A stretch of 64,000 nt of DNA from Lytechinus pictus (Eukaryota): the NCBI RefSeq assembly GCF_037042905.1, contig NC_087249.1:7628001-7692000 (forward strand), read 5' to 3'. How positions within the stretch are numbered: position 1 is the stretch's first letter; every line of letters starts with the position of its first letter. The position numbers and the translations under genes are program-made. The notes under the pieces are model-generated. The model did not search any database, had not been told where the DNA came from, and worked only from the letters and a program-made list of their open reading frames with translations. Positions 12,501 to 24,208 of this stretch are shown here, piece after piece.

Positions 12501-15500
12501 TTTTAAAATATAAATGTTAATAAATCTTCTTTAAATTTTCAATGAAGCCATAATATAATGTGTGCAACATACAGTACATGTGTGCGTGCAGTGTCTACAG
12601 GAATAATTTGCACAATATACACTATTAAGACTGTAACAGGACAAGATGAACTATGCTGGAAATTGATCATCATTAATATTATTATCATTATTATTATTAT
12701 TGTGATTTTCATCATTTCAATCCAAATGTAGCCCATGAAGATCTTACCTTATCTAAGCCGAGTGTATCCGTCACATACATTGGTATGTATATTTGGGCTA
12801 TATTCACCATCAACCTCGTAAACATGTAAAGAGCTGTCACCTGGCAGAAGAGGATGAATGAAAAAGAAAATATTAACTTCAAGAATAGAGAGAGATGTAA
12901 TCGAGATTAAAATCTTGTGGATAAAACAAAGGTATACCTGTTGGTATGGATAATAGTTGATGGTCTAGTCTTAAAGATAAACACCAGTTGTGGTAATGAT
13001 CTCAAAATGAGTTTGAACAAAATCCAATAAAATGACAACTCAAGAGTTTGTTTTTTATGAATAAAAATATGTGGCAAATGGCTCTGGAAGAAAATTTGTA
13101 ATTACCGAGAAATTAGCAAAATAAGCACAGAATTCCATAAAATGTCAGGTATTTTTCCAAGCAATATTAATGCCTTTTTGTGTTGGTTATCATCAGAATT
13201 ATCAGTTTTCAACAAAGATTTCAAGATTTCACAAAGATGAGTTGATTTCAATGTACCAGATCTAGATCTATCATGGTGCTAATTAACCTTGATTTTAAAG
13301 GCTTTCTTATGAAATAATTGTTTACTGCAATTACTTTTGTTTACTTTTAAACAAAGAACCAATAAGATGCTGAAAATAAATTTCTCAAATTTATTAGTAA
13401 ATAACTTGAATGTTTCAAATTCTATAGAGGCTACACCATAGTGGGTTCAAAAACTAAAAAATATTTGGACAAATTTTTAAACTTATTCTAAAAGTCAAAT
13501 TCCTATTAAGGTAAGAAAAATGATTGCATAAATGAAATATACCTTGGTCAACTTGTTTTTAAATAGATTTGAAATGACCAATGACTTGCTGACAAACTAT
13601 AATATCTTGAATTGTGAACAAAAGTGACGCAACAACCATCTTAAAATGTGACGCCACACTATTTATCGGTAGAATAGCTTAGCCGGGGGAATATATGAGC
13701 GCCTTCAGCACCTAGTACATAACAAGGTGGATATGTGCGCTTTACAAATTATTATTATTATTCATTTTACGCATCTTACCTGATAAAACTGAGATTCTTT
13801 GAGCCAATCACTCCATTTCATTGTGAGTTTTAGTTGATCAGAGGCCTGAACGCTCCCATAGGAGTGATTGCCCTCATTGTCCTCCGAAGGGCATCTCCTC
13901 CCTCCCTTGGGTTCTTTGGTCCCAAGATGGAAGAAGAAAGAGAAGACCGTTCCCACACATACTACAATGATGACCAAGTACTGTTGATTTAAAGAAAAAG
14001 AAGAAAAAAAGAAAGTCAGTTCTGATACAAATTTCTTAGGGAAGAGGAAGAACATGTCTCAAATCAATAATTGGAATATATGCTAATCATTATGAATATG
14101 TACTTAGAGTTTGCAGGAATATATTGGATTCACCAATACCATTAGATTCACAAAGAAATAGAGTATCGTAAGCATATAGGATCAAGTCATATGTTATGAT
14201 ATACATTTCAATGATGACCAGGTACTGTTAAGAGGAAAAAAGAAAGTCAGTTCTGATACAAACTTCTTGGGGAAGAGGAAGAACCTGTCTCAAATTAATG
14301 ATTTGGAAATATTAACCATTAAGAATATGTATCAGAGTTTGGAGTAATATATTGGATTCACCAAAACCATAAGACACACTTAGTCCCTCGGATAGGTTGT
14401 TAAATGGAGGCCCCATGTTGAGGAGAGTCACCACCTTTGCACGTTAAGAACCAACTGCACTATTTGTATAAGAGTAGGGGGGGAAACCCCAGTGTAGTGG
14501 TCCACCTGCACTCCCCCAATCAGTTATATCGGAAAGAGAGACCAGCAGGTCATAGTGATTCAGTTCACTTTTCGCCTACCAGGCACAGGTGATGCCAAAC
14601 AAATAATATTAATAATAATAATCATCTACGGTATATAGAGTGTTCTAGCGATGCATTAAAAACGCGTATTTTGGTCTGCATCAATTGCCTGTGCAGTATC
14701 AGAGCGTATCCCTAAAAAAGACCGAAATCCGACGAATATCCCATAGGCTCCTGTAGAAAATTTGCTATTGAATATGAGAGCTTATTCAACAGTTTAGGGT
14801 GTGGGCGCGAATGCGTGAAATATACAACGCGTACAACAATGAAAGCAATGCGATGCGCAGCATAGAGCACAACTGCGCTCCATGACGTCATAATGAACTA
14901 CATGCAAATCGCATGTCAACGACCAAAATTGATCCTCTGAAGTGATAATGGCTTGTGATATGACTTGTTAAATCAAATTTCACCCTCTTTTTTTTTTGGG
15001 GGGGGGGGTGGGATAGATGATAATAATTATATTGGATGGCTTTATTTCATGAAATAACCAGAAATATTCCTCTCGTTAGGGCCAATATTCCACTAATCTT
15101 CGATTCGTGAAATATTTTCCCAACTCTTAGAATATTTCTTGTATTCCATTCTGAGCCATCCAATATAATATAAATATAGTAAGTATACAGGATCACATCA
15201 CATATTTTATTATATACATTTCAGATTTTCAGTTATAGGTATTTTGCTAATCATAATTGCACATCAAGTATCTGAGAAGTTATCTGTTGCAGTGGAAATT
15301 TTCACTGTAATATTCTTCTTAACTTTTGTTAACTGAATGTGACAGCTTTAATACAATCATTGATTTAAATTCTCCATTATTAACAACTATTAAATGTGGG
15401 AATCTATCAGATAAGATGGTGACATTTTAAGGGAATTCCAATGAAAGCATGTTTTTTTTCTCTCCAATTTAAAATGAATAAAACACAAATTGGCAATTCT

Positions 15501-18500
15501 GAAATGTACAATATACATGTAGGCTGAAATACACCTGTATGATGAAAAAGACAACTATTTCCACAATCATTTGTGATCGTCATCATCAATCATACAACAT
15601 TGAACTATTAACTAAAGCTCTGTTATTACATGTACATTAAAGGTCAAGTCCACCTCATTAAAATGTTGATTTGAATCAAAAGAGAAAAATCAGACTGTAA
15701 CTGTAAGCATAATGCTGAAAATTTCATCAAAATCGGATGTACAGTACATGTAAAATAAGACAGTTATGACATTTTAAAGTTTTGCTTATTTTTCACAAAA
15801 TAGTTATATGCACAATTTAGTCACATGCAAATGAGAGAATCGGCGATGTCCCTCACTCACTATTTCTTTTGTTTTTCATTGTTTGAATTATACAATATTT
15901 CAATTTTTACGGATTTGACAATAAGGACCAACTTGACTGAACCATGTTATGTTAAACAATGGTAATTCCACATGTTCAGGGAGAAATAAAAGTGTTTCAC
16001 AGGACAATGAGGAGAAAATTAGAATATTTCATATTTCTTATAATAAAATACAAAAGAAAAAGTGAGTAAGTGATGTCGTCAGTTCCCTCATTTGCATACC
16101 GACCGTGATGTGCACATAACTATTATGTGAAATTAAGCTAAACTTTAAAATGTCATAACTTTCTTATTTTACATCCGATTTTGATGAAATTTTCAGTGTT
16201 ATACTCGTTGGATTTTTCTCTTTTTATTCAAATCAATTTTTTTGTTGGGGTGGACTTGTCCTTTAAGTAAATGTATAAGGCAAATTTATAGAATATATAC
16301 ACTGTAGATGCCTATAAATGTAATACATCATGATAACACAGGTTACAGCCTTTTTTATAAAGATTTTCCATTGTTGTTTAGTAAATACTAAAGCAATATG
16401 CAAACACATAAAACTAAAACCCACATGTGACCCTAACATAGCAAAGAGTAAAGTCTGAAGTACCAGTCATAAAATACTGAAGGAGACAATTTTTTTCCAA
16501 ATTATCTGTTAAAACTAGAACATCATGTGCTTTACATTTTAGCATATGACCTTTTAATGAATATCATATTTGATGTTCTTTTATGTGGATTTATCTTCCT
16601 TAGATTACAGTTTTAAAATAGCTTATTACACATTGATATCTTTAAATCAAACAAATACAGTAACTTGAACTACGTAGGCCTATATTAACAATGTACATTG
16701 AATGGCCTTGTATGGCAAAATACTTTTATGGACTCTAATAACATTTAATCGAATGCATGTGATCTGCTAATAGCTACTTAAAAGAAAATAAAGTATAGGA
16801 ACTTGTTGCGATATAATTGGTGTGAACAATATGCTCTTAAGTATTTATGGATTAGGTGTCATTTTTACTTCTTATTGTATTGTACGAGTAATGACACATG
16901 ATACAAATCATAATGGTTATTGCTCTGATGTGCCATAAAATATTAGTTATAGATTTCAAGTAAAAACAAAATTCCATCGGGGAAGGGGGGAGGGCAAGGT
17001 GGGGGTGAGCTCCTCTACTGCTGCAGCTTGAAAATATGGGCAGCCCGATCAATTCGGTGGACTCACTGTGCGCCATCTACTGGTTGGCAGCGGACAGGCC
17101 AATTTCTAACTTTTGGGTCGACATCACGCGCAGGCTAGGCGCAGCCAGCGCATACTGTGCTAGTGTAAAGATGCTTAAAAAATGAAATCATATGATAAGC
17201 GGCGGAAGAATTCTCACCAAAAACAACCTAAATTTCCAAAAGAAAGCTACAGAGAAATTCCTCTCTCACCTCCTAGACCAGGGTAAACAGCATAATTTTA
17301 TGCAAACCTGTCGAGCCGCATCGGTCAGCACAGCATAATGCACTAGTGCGCTCAGTAGATGTCCACTTTTTCCCATGAGGCATTGCAAATTTCGGCCTAT
17401 CTGCTGCAACCAATAGTTGGCGCACTATATTGTGAATCCACCAAATTCATATTGTTCTCCCATGTGGCCCCGCTATTTACAGATTTAAAAAAAAATCAAA
17501 TACAGAAATGAAAAGAAATTGAGCTTATAAAATAAAGAATTCTGTAAAGGTAGAATACTAAAATGTAATGTAATAATAAAGGCATGGTATAGAAACAATA
17601 AGATATAATGAATTAATTAATCAATTTATCATACAATTACTTCATAAGAAATGAATTCATACACAGGAGGTCAAGCTCAAGCTAACACACATGCTTTCAT
17701 CAGACCCCTCCAACAAAGCATTATCCTCCAACCATTATTTCATGGTCCAACTTTCCCTCTTCTCTTTTTATCCAACTCTTTCTCGACACAACCTCTCTCG
17801 GATTTACAACCCAGTTATCCAGAAAATTCCTTGATGTCTCAAAGACAATAACATCTGCTGTGCATCGCCGCAACGACAATTTCCCGCCAGTTCAGACGAG
17901 ATGAAGAAGCGTTCCGGATAGGACATGAAACTGTCCTCTCTGTTACAAACAGTAAGTCCAGATGATCAGATTTATTAACTCTTCCATTTTGTAACACGAG
18001 TCAAATGTAAAATGGAATTCCTGACACTTGCTCTGCTACATTCCACACAATAATCGCAGGACTGTCTTCAAGTCTGGATTGAACACCATACCCTACCATA
18101 AACCTGACCCTAAGCCTAACATAAACCCCTATTGCAACCCTAACCCAACTCTAACCCTACATCTCAGATGAAATAAAGCCAGGAGCAAATGTCACCTTAA
18201 CACTAAAAGGACTGGGGGGGGGGGGCATGATCACCCCCCCTCGATGCTTCGCACAATATTTCCGAAACGCAAATAGATAGCGCCGCAAAGTTTTATGACT
18301 TTTTTCTCTCGCACAACTTTTTAGATCAAATTCGCGACAAACGTGTATAGCATCACAACATCACGTGACTTTGTATGAGACAATGTCATGCCGAAAATGG
18401 CTCATTTTTATACTTTGTGTACAAAGTCTATGGGAGATGAAATTCATAAAATGGTGATTCTTTTTCCTTATAATTGGTCTGCTTAATTAATTTGGTTGTT

Positions 18501-21500
18501 AAATGGTCTGTAATAATTTCCAATGAAAAAAGCAATGAAAAACAAAATGTGAAAAAACAGAGAAATACATAAGAAATTCTAAAAACAAAGAAATACATAA
18601 GGAAAAGATTGGCTTTTGCAATTTGGAAACCTTTGAATTAGATTACAAAGATGACATCTGCAAAAAAAGAAGTAAATTTGAAGTGAAATTGGGTGTTAAA
18701 TATGCAAATGTTTTTCATGAATAAATTTGCATATTTTTTATTCATAATAAATGAAAAAAAAATTACTTTCAGAATATTTTTTCATACAAGCTTGTAGTTT
18801 ATGTGGTAGAGAATGTGCATGCCAAATTTCAGCGCAATCGCGGGAACGGCGCCCAAGATCAGAAGGTCCTCAATACATCTCAGATAGCCCAGTCCTTTTA
18901 GGGTTAAAGAGTCTTAATAAGTAAAACCCCCCAGCTGTTGTTGATAATGAATTAAATACGATGAGATTGATGATTAAGAAAATATCAAATCAAATATCTT
19001 ACCCTGAACTGGGGAATATCATCTGGGTCGAGAGAAGATTGTGTATTGCTAACATCATCTTTGTCATCTAACTGCAGAAGCAGGTATGTGACGAGGTATA
19101 CAAATATACTAGACATCACTGTAAAAGCATATCTGTAAAAAATAATAATATGATGTAATGGCGTTGTAAGAAGATTAACTTCTGATACCTGTTCCTTTGA
19201 TCTGATTCTACTTTGCGTAATCTAAGACATGCTACCCACTCTACTGTAAGCTCTTTGCGCCTATTTACATTCAGAGATGCAAGATTTTCAGTTGGCCTTG
19301 TTGATTTTATTGCACTATAAAACATATTGGTATTATCTGCTGAACTTTTTGCAATAAATTAACAAAAGCAAAAGAAAAACGTACATTACCAATATAGAAA
19401 ATGGTCTCCTATTGAGACTATATTTTCAATTGTCTCTATATTCAAAACTACAATTGGTTGTCTTCACATTTTTTCTTTCAGGCCCCAATTTCATAAAAAG
19501 TTGCTACGATAGCATTTTTTGCTGGAACATCACCTTTCACTGGAAGAGCCAATCAGGAGGCAGAATTTCTTCTGTTATCATGGTAGTTGACATTCCAGCA
19601 AGAGTTGCTACCATAGCAACTTTTTATGAAATGAGGCCCTGGTCTGTTTGATTTCATTTGTGATCATTACATCTAGTCACATTTGATTATTATAATAATA
19701 ATAACAATAACGGTATATTTACCGAGGGTAGCCACTTCAGTTCCGAAAACTGTTTTCCCAGCGGGACCTGCTATTATTATTACCCAGCTAAGCTAGGCTA
19801 CCTATTCAGGTGCACGCTTCCAGCCGGTACCCATTTACCTCACCTGGGGGCCGTTTCATAAAGCTGTTCGTAAGTTAAGAGCGACTTTAAGAACGACTGG
19901 TGATCCTTTATTGTGGTAAATGGTATATTCATTAGCGATGGTTACGCGCGTAAGAAAGGATCACCAGTCGTTCTTAAAGTCGCTCTTAACTTACGAACAG
20001 CTTTATGAAACACCCGCCAGGGTCGAGTGCAGCACACTGTGGATGAATTCCTTGCTGAAGGAAATTACGCCATGGCTGGGATTCCAACCCACGACCCTCC
20101 GTTTCAAAGTCCGGACACAAATCCACTGGGCCACGACGCTCTATTATTGTTCTTTAAATATCAAACAACCATCAAATTATGTACGGTCATTGTATGTGCT
20201 CTGTGAAAAAATATATGAAATTGATAAAATTGTCATAAGATATGACATAATAGAGAAAACCAAGGTTAATTTCTGTCATTAGATACCTGATAGCATTGAG
20301 CTCGACCCTCTCGCCGTCCTCAGCAGTCATCTCCGGGATGAGGGAGAGGTGAGAGATTTGGGTCGCAGCCCAACCAAACTGGAAGATGACAACGAATGGG
20401 GCGTAGTAGATGAACCTCGCCCAGTCCTCCGCATCCTCTCCACCGAAGACAGGCTGGTATATGAAAGTGAAGCTGCCGATCACGCAAAGGGTGCCTGTTG
20501 TTAAAAAAAAATGATATCATTGATAAAAATGTGGGGATTATTCATTTTAAAAAGGGGGCAATTAACTGCATAATGTTTTAATACATTTCATCATTTCATA
20601 ATACATCAAAACATACACTAGATGGATTCTCAACTACCTCTGCCATTACTAGATCAAAAATTATCAACACCTTAAAGGAGAATGAAACCATGGGAACAAA
20701 TAACTTGTGTGAAGAAAAAAAATCAAAGAAACAAATCAATTGATGAAAGTTTGAGAAAAATCGAAGGAATAATAAGAAGGTTATGATCACTTGAAAGTTG
20801 AGATAACTAGTGATGTGGATATCCATCTAACAGTAATGCAGCCAAGATTTGTAATGTCACACTTGTACAACTTCCTGATTAATTTTGTTTATACTGTACT
20901 GTACTTCAGTTAAGGCCCTGTCACATCGTTCCATGCATGCCTTGCTTTTGACTTGCGGGTAACTATTTTTGCTACACGCAGGTCGCCAGCATTGACAGAA
21001 TCCTGCACACTTCTCACACACACATACCTGCCCCCAGAAGCACGCATTTGCACGTAGTATTGAACATGCTCAAAACTTTGTTGCGGGTGAGTTGCGTGCA
21101 ATTACCTGCAAGGCTTGCACAGAACAATGTGACAGGGCCTTTAAAGTGTCACATATATCAAGTCTATCCACAGATCAAGCACACAGCAGTTGTTGTTTTT
21201 TCATGGGAGAATGTGTAAGGTTTCATAAAAATGACCAAAGAGTTTGTACTATCTTTTGAATGAGCAAAAAAACTGTTTTGGGGAATATTTTCATTATGCA
21301 AGGAGAATTGTACTCATGTGACGTCACAAATCTTGGCCACATTGTCAACGGGAGTATCTCAATCACATAAAAGTGATTCAAATAATTTTCTTATTGCTTC
21401 TCTGATCTTTCGCAAACTTTCATAGATCTTATACTTTGATTTTCCTGTTACACAAGGGTTCTAAGGGATTCATTCTCGTATACACCTTCTTAAAGAAGAA

Positions 21501-22699
21501 ATGACCTTTGTGACTTTTCAACTTGCGAACCCAAAATCTCATCAGAACATCGTTACTCACAGAAGAACCATCTGACACCAGTTCTTGAGTTACCACCAGG
21601 GCATTACATTTTCAGGAATATTTTTATTTAGATACCTTGTTAAAAGTTTGTGTCACGTCTTTTAGCAGGAGTTTGCTATAAAGGAACTCAGCGCCTTTTC
21701 GTAGCAACTTTCCTACATGTACCTTCTGCATTGTAATGTCTACACCTATGATGAGGTGTTAGAATTGGAAATGAAAGCATGCAGCTCCCATTTTTGACAA
21801 GTTTTCTCACCCACCTATCAAATGCCATGATTTCCTCCGTCCATAGTTACAGATCCCGGACTTTGTATGATCAGATTCGTAGCCGATCAGAGGTGTGCAA
21901 ATACCATCGCTTATCTGACCTAGCAACAGCAGAGCACCAGCCATTGAGTTCCTGTTCTCACAAAACAAAACAGAAAAGACCATAATTTTTTTAATAGTAC
22001 TAGGAGGCCAAATACACAAACATCATTCTGTAATATGAAATCAAGTCGCAAATGAAACTAAAATGCGAACTGATTTTTAAAAGAAACTGCATTACATAAA
22101 AGGCTCTCCAGTTTGGGATTGGAGGGGTTCCCTGAAAATCTCATAACCATACATACATGTGTGTGCATTTTAAAAGTTATTAATTACCGGTAGACATTTC
22201 AATACAAAATGTTTTTTTTCTAATTACCCTTTGAATTTGTGAATTTCACTGTGACCTACATACATAAAAGTAGATATTTTCTTTTAAAAGTTAAACATAC
22301 AAAAATGAACGATCAATCACAAATTACATGTATGTGTTGTATCCAAGAAAACAGGAACACATCATCATAATATGCTATTTCAATTAGTGTTCAAGTGTAC
22401 ATATATATTTACTTTCTTGACGCACCATGAGCAATGAAATGTGGACCTGTGTGCTTTATAAGGAGCCACTTTCAAGTTTTATTATAATTCTTCATTGCAT
22501 CAGATACAAATTTTGTATTTCAATGAATCGTCACTCACGAGAATCCAAGAACTTTGTGGAAGTAGACAAGCAAGTAGCTGAACCACATGGAAGCACAGAG
22601 GTCATTCAGGACGTGGCCGACACCGTAAGAAAGGCGCTGAATAAACGGTAACTTCCGAGGGGTACGCACAGCCGCAATAAGAGGGGCATCTTCCTCCAT
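3202..22699 (-). CDS. MFSD12: Major facilitator superfamily domain-containing protein 12-like (lysosomal cysteine transporter family), 11 coding exons, 600 aa
   Basis: Manual splice: 22699-22539, 21951-21815, 20494-20287, 19132-19003, 13980-13780, 12840-12748, 12173-12081, 9952-9785, 8705-8611, 4221-4094, 3590-3202. All introns are GT-AG with matching phases; total 1803 nt. Peptides [69 protein letters not shown] and [15 protein letters not shown] match MFSD12 as I recall it. Confidence 0.93.
4094..4221 (-). CDS. MFSD12: MFSD12 coding exon 10 ([10 protein letters not shown]...IGKRRK)
   Basis: tttcag acceptor, GTAAG donor; encodes the last TM helix. Confidence 0.88.
8611..8705 (-). CDS. MFSD12: MFSD12 coding exon 9 ([22 protein letters not shown]...QPC)
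   Basis: 95 nt, GTGAGT donor, phase 0 to 2. Confidence 0.9.
8858..9258. mobile_element. Fold-back MITE with arms of about 180 bp
   Basis: ggtagagcatga / tcatgctctacc, aatcggtccatgggg / ccccatggaccgatt, gacctcatgaatac / gtattcatgaggtc. Confidence 0.75.
9785..9952 (-). CDS. MFSD12: MFSD12 coding exon 8 ([10 protein letters not shown]...ADLIGCNT)
   Basis: 168 nt, phase 0-0. Confidence 0.9.
10733..11192. mobile_element. Element with a hairpin of about 160 bp (10737-10898) and terminal ttgtacaacgcct inverted repeats
   Basis: atggtgcgagatttcgcatgaggtgaaagaaaga / tctttctttcacctcatgcgaaatctcgcaccat. Confidence 0.65.
11447..11557 (-). mobile_element. LINE/SINE 3' tail fragment (copies also at about 13675-13760 + and 52984-53094 +)
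   Basis: Shared gagcgccttgagcacctaacaaggtggatatgtgcgc followed by (ATT)n. Confidence 0.75.
12081..12173 (-). CDS. MFSD12: MFSD12 coding exon 7 ([18 protein letters not shown]...IAGKK)
   Basis: 93 nt, ttgcag acceptor, GTGAGT donor. Confidence 0.9.
12748..12840 (-). CDS. MFSD12: MFSD12 coding exon 6 ([31 protein letters not shown])
   Basis: 93 nt, phase 0-0. Confidence 0.9.
12975..13346. mobile_element. TTAA-flanked Kolobok-like element (copies at about 50398-50793 and 56923-57320)
   Basis: Three dispersed copies of about 380 bp starting ttaaagataaa(c/t)accagttgtggtaa. Confidence 0.8.
13780..13980 (-). CDS. MFSD12: MFSD12 coding exon 5 ([10 protein letters not shown]...ESQFYQ)
   Basis: 201 nt, phase 0-0, GTAAG donor. 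Confidence 0.9.
14382..14622 (+). mobile_element. 5'-truncated SINE, same family as 1994-2335
   Basis: Shared body (ctttgcacgttaagaacc; catagtgattcagttc; aggcacaggtga) and AAT tail. Confidence 0.8.
15641..16262. mobile_element. Kolobok-like MITE with TTAA TSD (relatives at about 1780-2635, 44568-45163 and 61668-62182)
   Basis: TTAA|AGGTCAAGTCCACC...GGTGGACTTGTCCT|TTAA with long internal inverted repeats. Confidence 0.8.
17068..17426. mobile_element. MITE with TIRs of about 38 bp
   Basis: gtgcgccatctactggttggcagcggacaggcc / ggcctatctgctgcaaccaatagttggcgcac. Confidence 0.65.
17784..17980 (+). mobile_element. Penelope-like element relic (end of GIY-YIG ORF plus terminal repeat with hammerhead-like motif)
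   Basis: Translates [16 protein letters not shown], followed by tgaagaagcgttccggataggacatgaaactgtc...aagtccag, resembling Penelope terminal repeats. Confidence 0.65.
18201..18903. mobile_element. piggyBac-like non-autonomous element
   Basis: TTAA|CACTAAAAGGACTGG...CCAGTCCTTTTAGGG|TTAA. Confidence 0.75.
19003..19132 (-). CDS. MFSD12: MFSD12 coding exon 4 ([12 protein letters not shown]...IPQFR)
   Basis: ttttacag acceptor, GTAAG donor. Confidence 0.9.
19690..20140 (-). mobile_element. tRNA-derived SINE interrupted by a palindromic Harbinger-like MITE (about 19847-20018)
   Basis: Core ggtacccatttacctcacctggg...gtcgagtgcagcac is split by an inverted-repeat insert; the related copy at 58015-58320 is uninterrupted. 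Confidence 0.8.
20287..20494 (-). CDS. MFSD12: MFSD12 coding exon 3 (GTLCVIGSF...ELNAIR)
   Basis: AG/GT borders, phase 1 to phase 2. Confidence 0.92.
21815..21951 (-). CDS. MFSD12: MFSD12 coding exon 2 ([16 protein letters not shown]...KSWHLI)
   Basis: AG/GT borders, phase 2 to phase 1. Confidence 0.9.
22539..22699 (-). CDS. MFSD12: MFSD12 coding exon 1 (MEEDAPLI...HKVLGFS)
   Basis: ATG at 22699; donor GTGAGT at 22538. An upstream acceptor ttctgcag at 22793 implies a spliced 5' UTR. Confidence 0.9.
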
Positions 22700-23226
22700 C
22701 TTGACTAAGCTCTGTTTCCCACTAGATTACTATAAAAACAGGTTTAGAGAGGCTCACAAGAAATCTCTGTACTCTCCTTCTCATATTTTATGCTGCAGAA
22801 AAAGAAAGAGATAAAATGATTTCAGTTTCTCTTCCAGTTAGACAATCCCACTTTTTATGTTTCTTTTTTTATTTGTCATTAATTTTTGCAGTCCAAGAAG
22901 AAAGTTAAGAAATTGTACAAGAAATAAAATCCATTACCTTTCAGATAATTTCTTTGTAAGAGCATAAAAGTGTAATTCAAGTACTTTAGAAATACAATTA
23001 AAAAAAGAAACCTGGCTAAATAACATACTATCAGTTTCATTTCATAAAGATCTATGTCCTTTCGATGGTCTATACATCATTTTAGATTTGATGAAATCCG
23101 ATATCAACTCAATAATGTCAATTCTATTAATTACTTTATTTTTCTTTACTTTGTAAACCAGCATACAAGATTGGAACCTTTCAAGTACATGAAGTCAAAT
23201 TCCCTCCAACACACCTCCAAACACTA

Positions 23227-24208
23227 CAGTGCGTATCAAAAAAAAGTTTAAACTTTGAAAAAGCCCTGGGAATTAAAAAATATACAACATGTGGGTAATT
23301 TTTTCACATATAATCTTAGGTTTGGGTCTCATCTATCCAATGAAAGTAAAAATTTTGACAGAATATTACACTTGAGTGAGCACTGTCCATTTTTGTAAAG
23401 CTCGCAAAAATCTGTTTGCGCAGAAAAGCTCGTTTTCACGCTGAGTAAAGGGGAAAGGGCAAAATCAAACTTACCCTTCAGGAGAAACATTTATCATACA
23501 TTTCCCTTGCAATTTTAGTCCATTGAAATAAAGCAGATACATTAAAGCATTTTGTAACAATTTTGCCACCCAAATTGAAATTTCAACACTTAGTAAGCAC
23601 AACCTTTACCCTTTTTGTGCCAGCTGGATCTGAGGACATAACTGAATCTGAACAAAAGTTTATATCAGACATCTCCAGCATTTTTTCACTAAGTTTTTAT
23701 CATTAAAAGTCGGTTTGCATTTCATTTAATTCTCGTTTCTCCACACTTTTCCCAAGCTTGACAATGATTAACAAATGAAAATCAAGCCTAAGCCTTTTCA
23801 TGTAAATCACAGCTCAGTGTAAAGCAAATATCGTCACGATGGCCTCGGTGTGTGGGGGAGTGGGGTGGGGCACAATGCACTCTTCGAAGTGTTTTGGGCA
23901 AGGAAACAAGTTTAAAAAGGTAAAGAGATCTTCAAATTAATTTTTCTAGCTAAATTCCACGTGTTCTTTATGATTAAGGTCTACTTTTCTTTGCATAACT
24001 ATTTCAAATTTCTGCGCAAATCATTTTTCACTAACTTTTCAAAAGTAAGTGGTGCTCACTCAAGCGGAAACATTTTTCGACAGTTATATCGCCATTTGCA
24101 TAAATGGATCTATACCAATGTTAAAATGTGGAAAAATCTTCAGGATATTACAAATGTATAATTCTACAGGATGTTTTTTAAGTGTAAACTTTTTTTTGAT
24201 ACGCACTG
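23227..24208. mobile_element. Non-autonomous Tc1/mariner-type transposon
   Basis: TIR CAGTGCGTATCAAAAAAAAGTTTA at both ends; TA target duplication. Confidence 0.9.
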
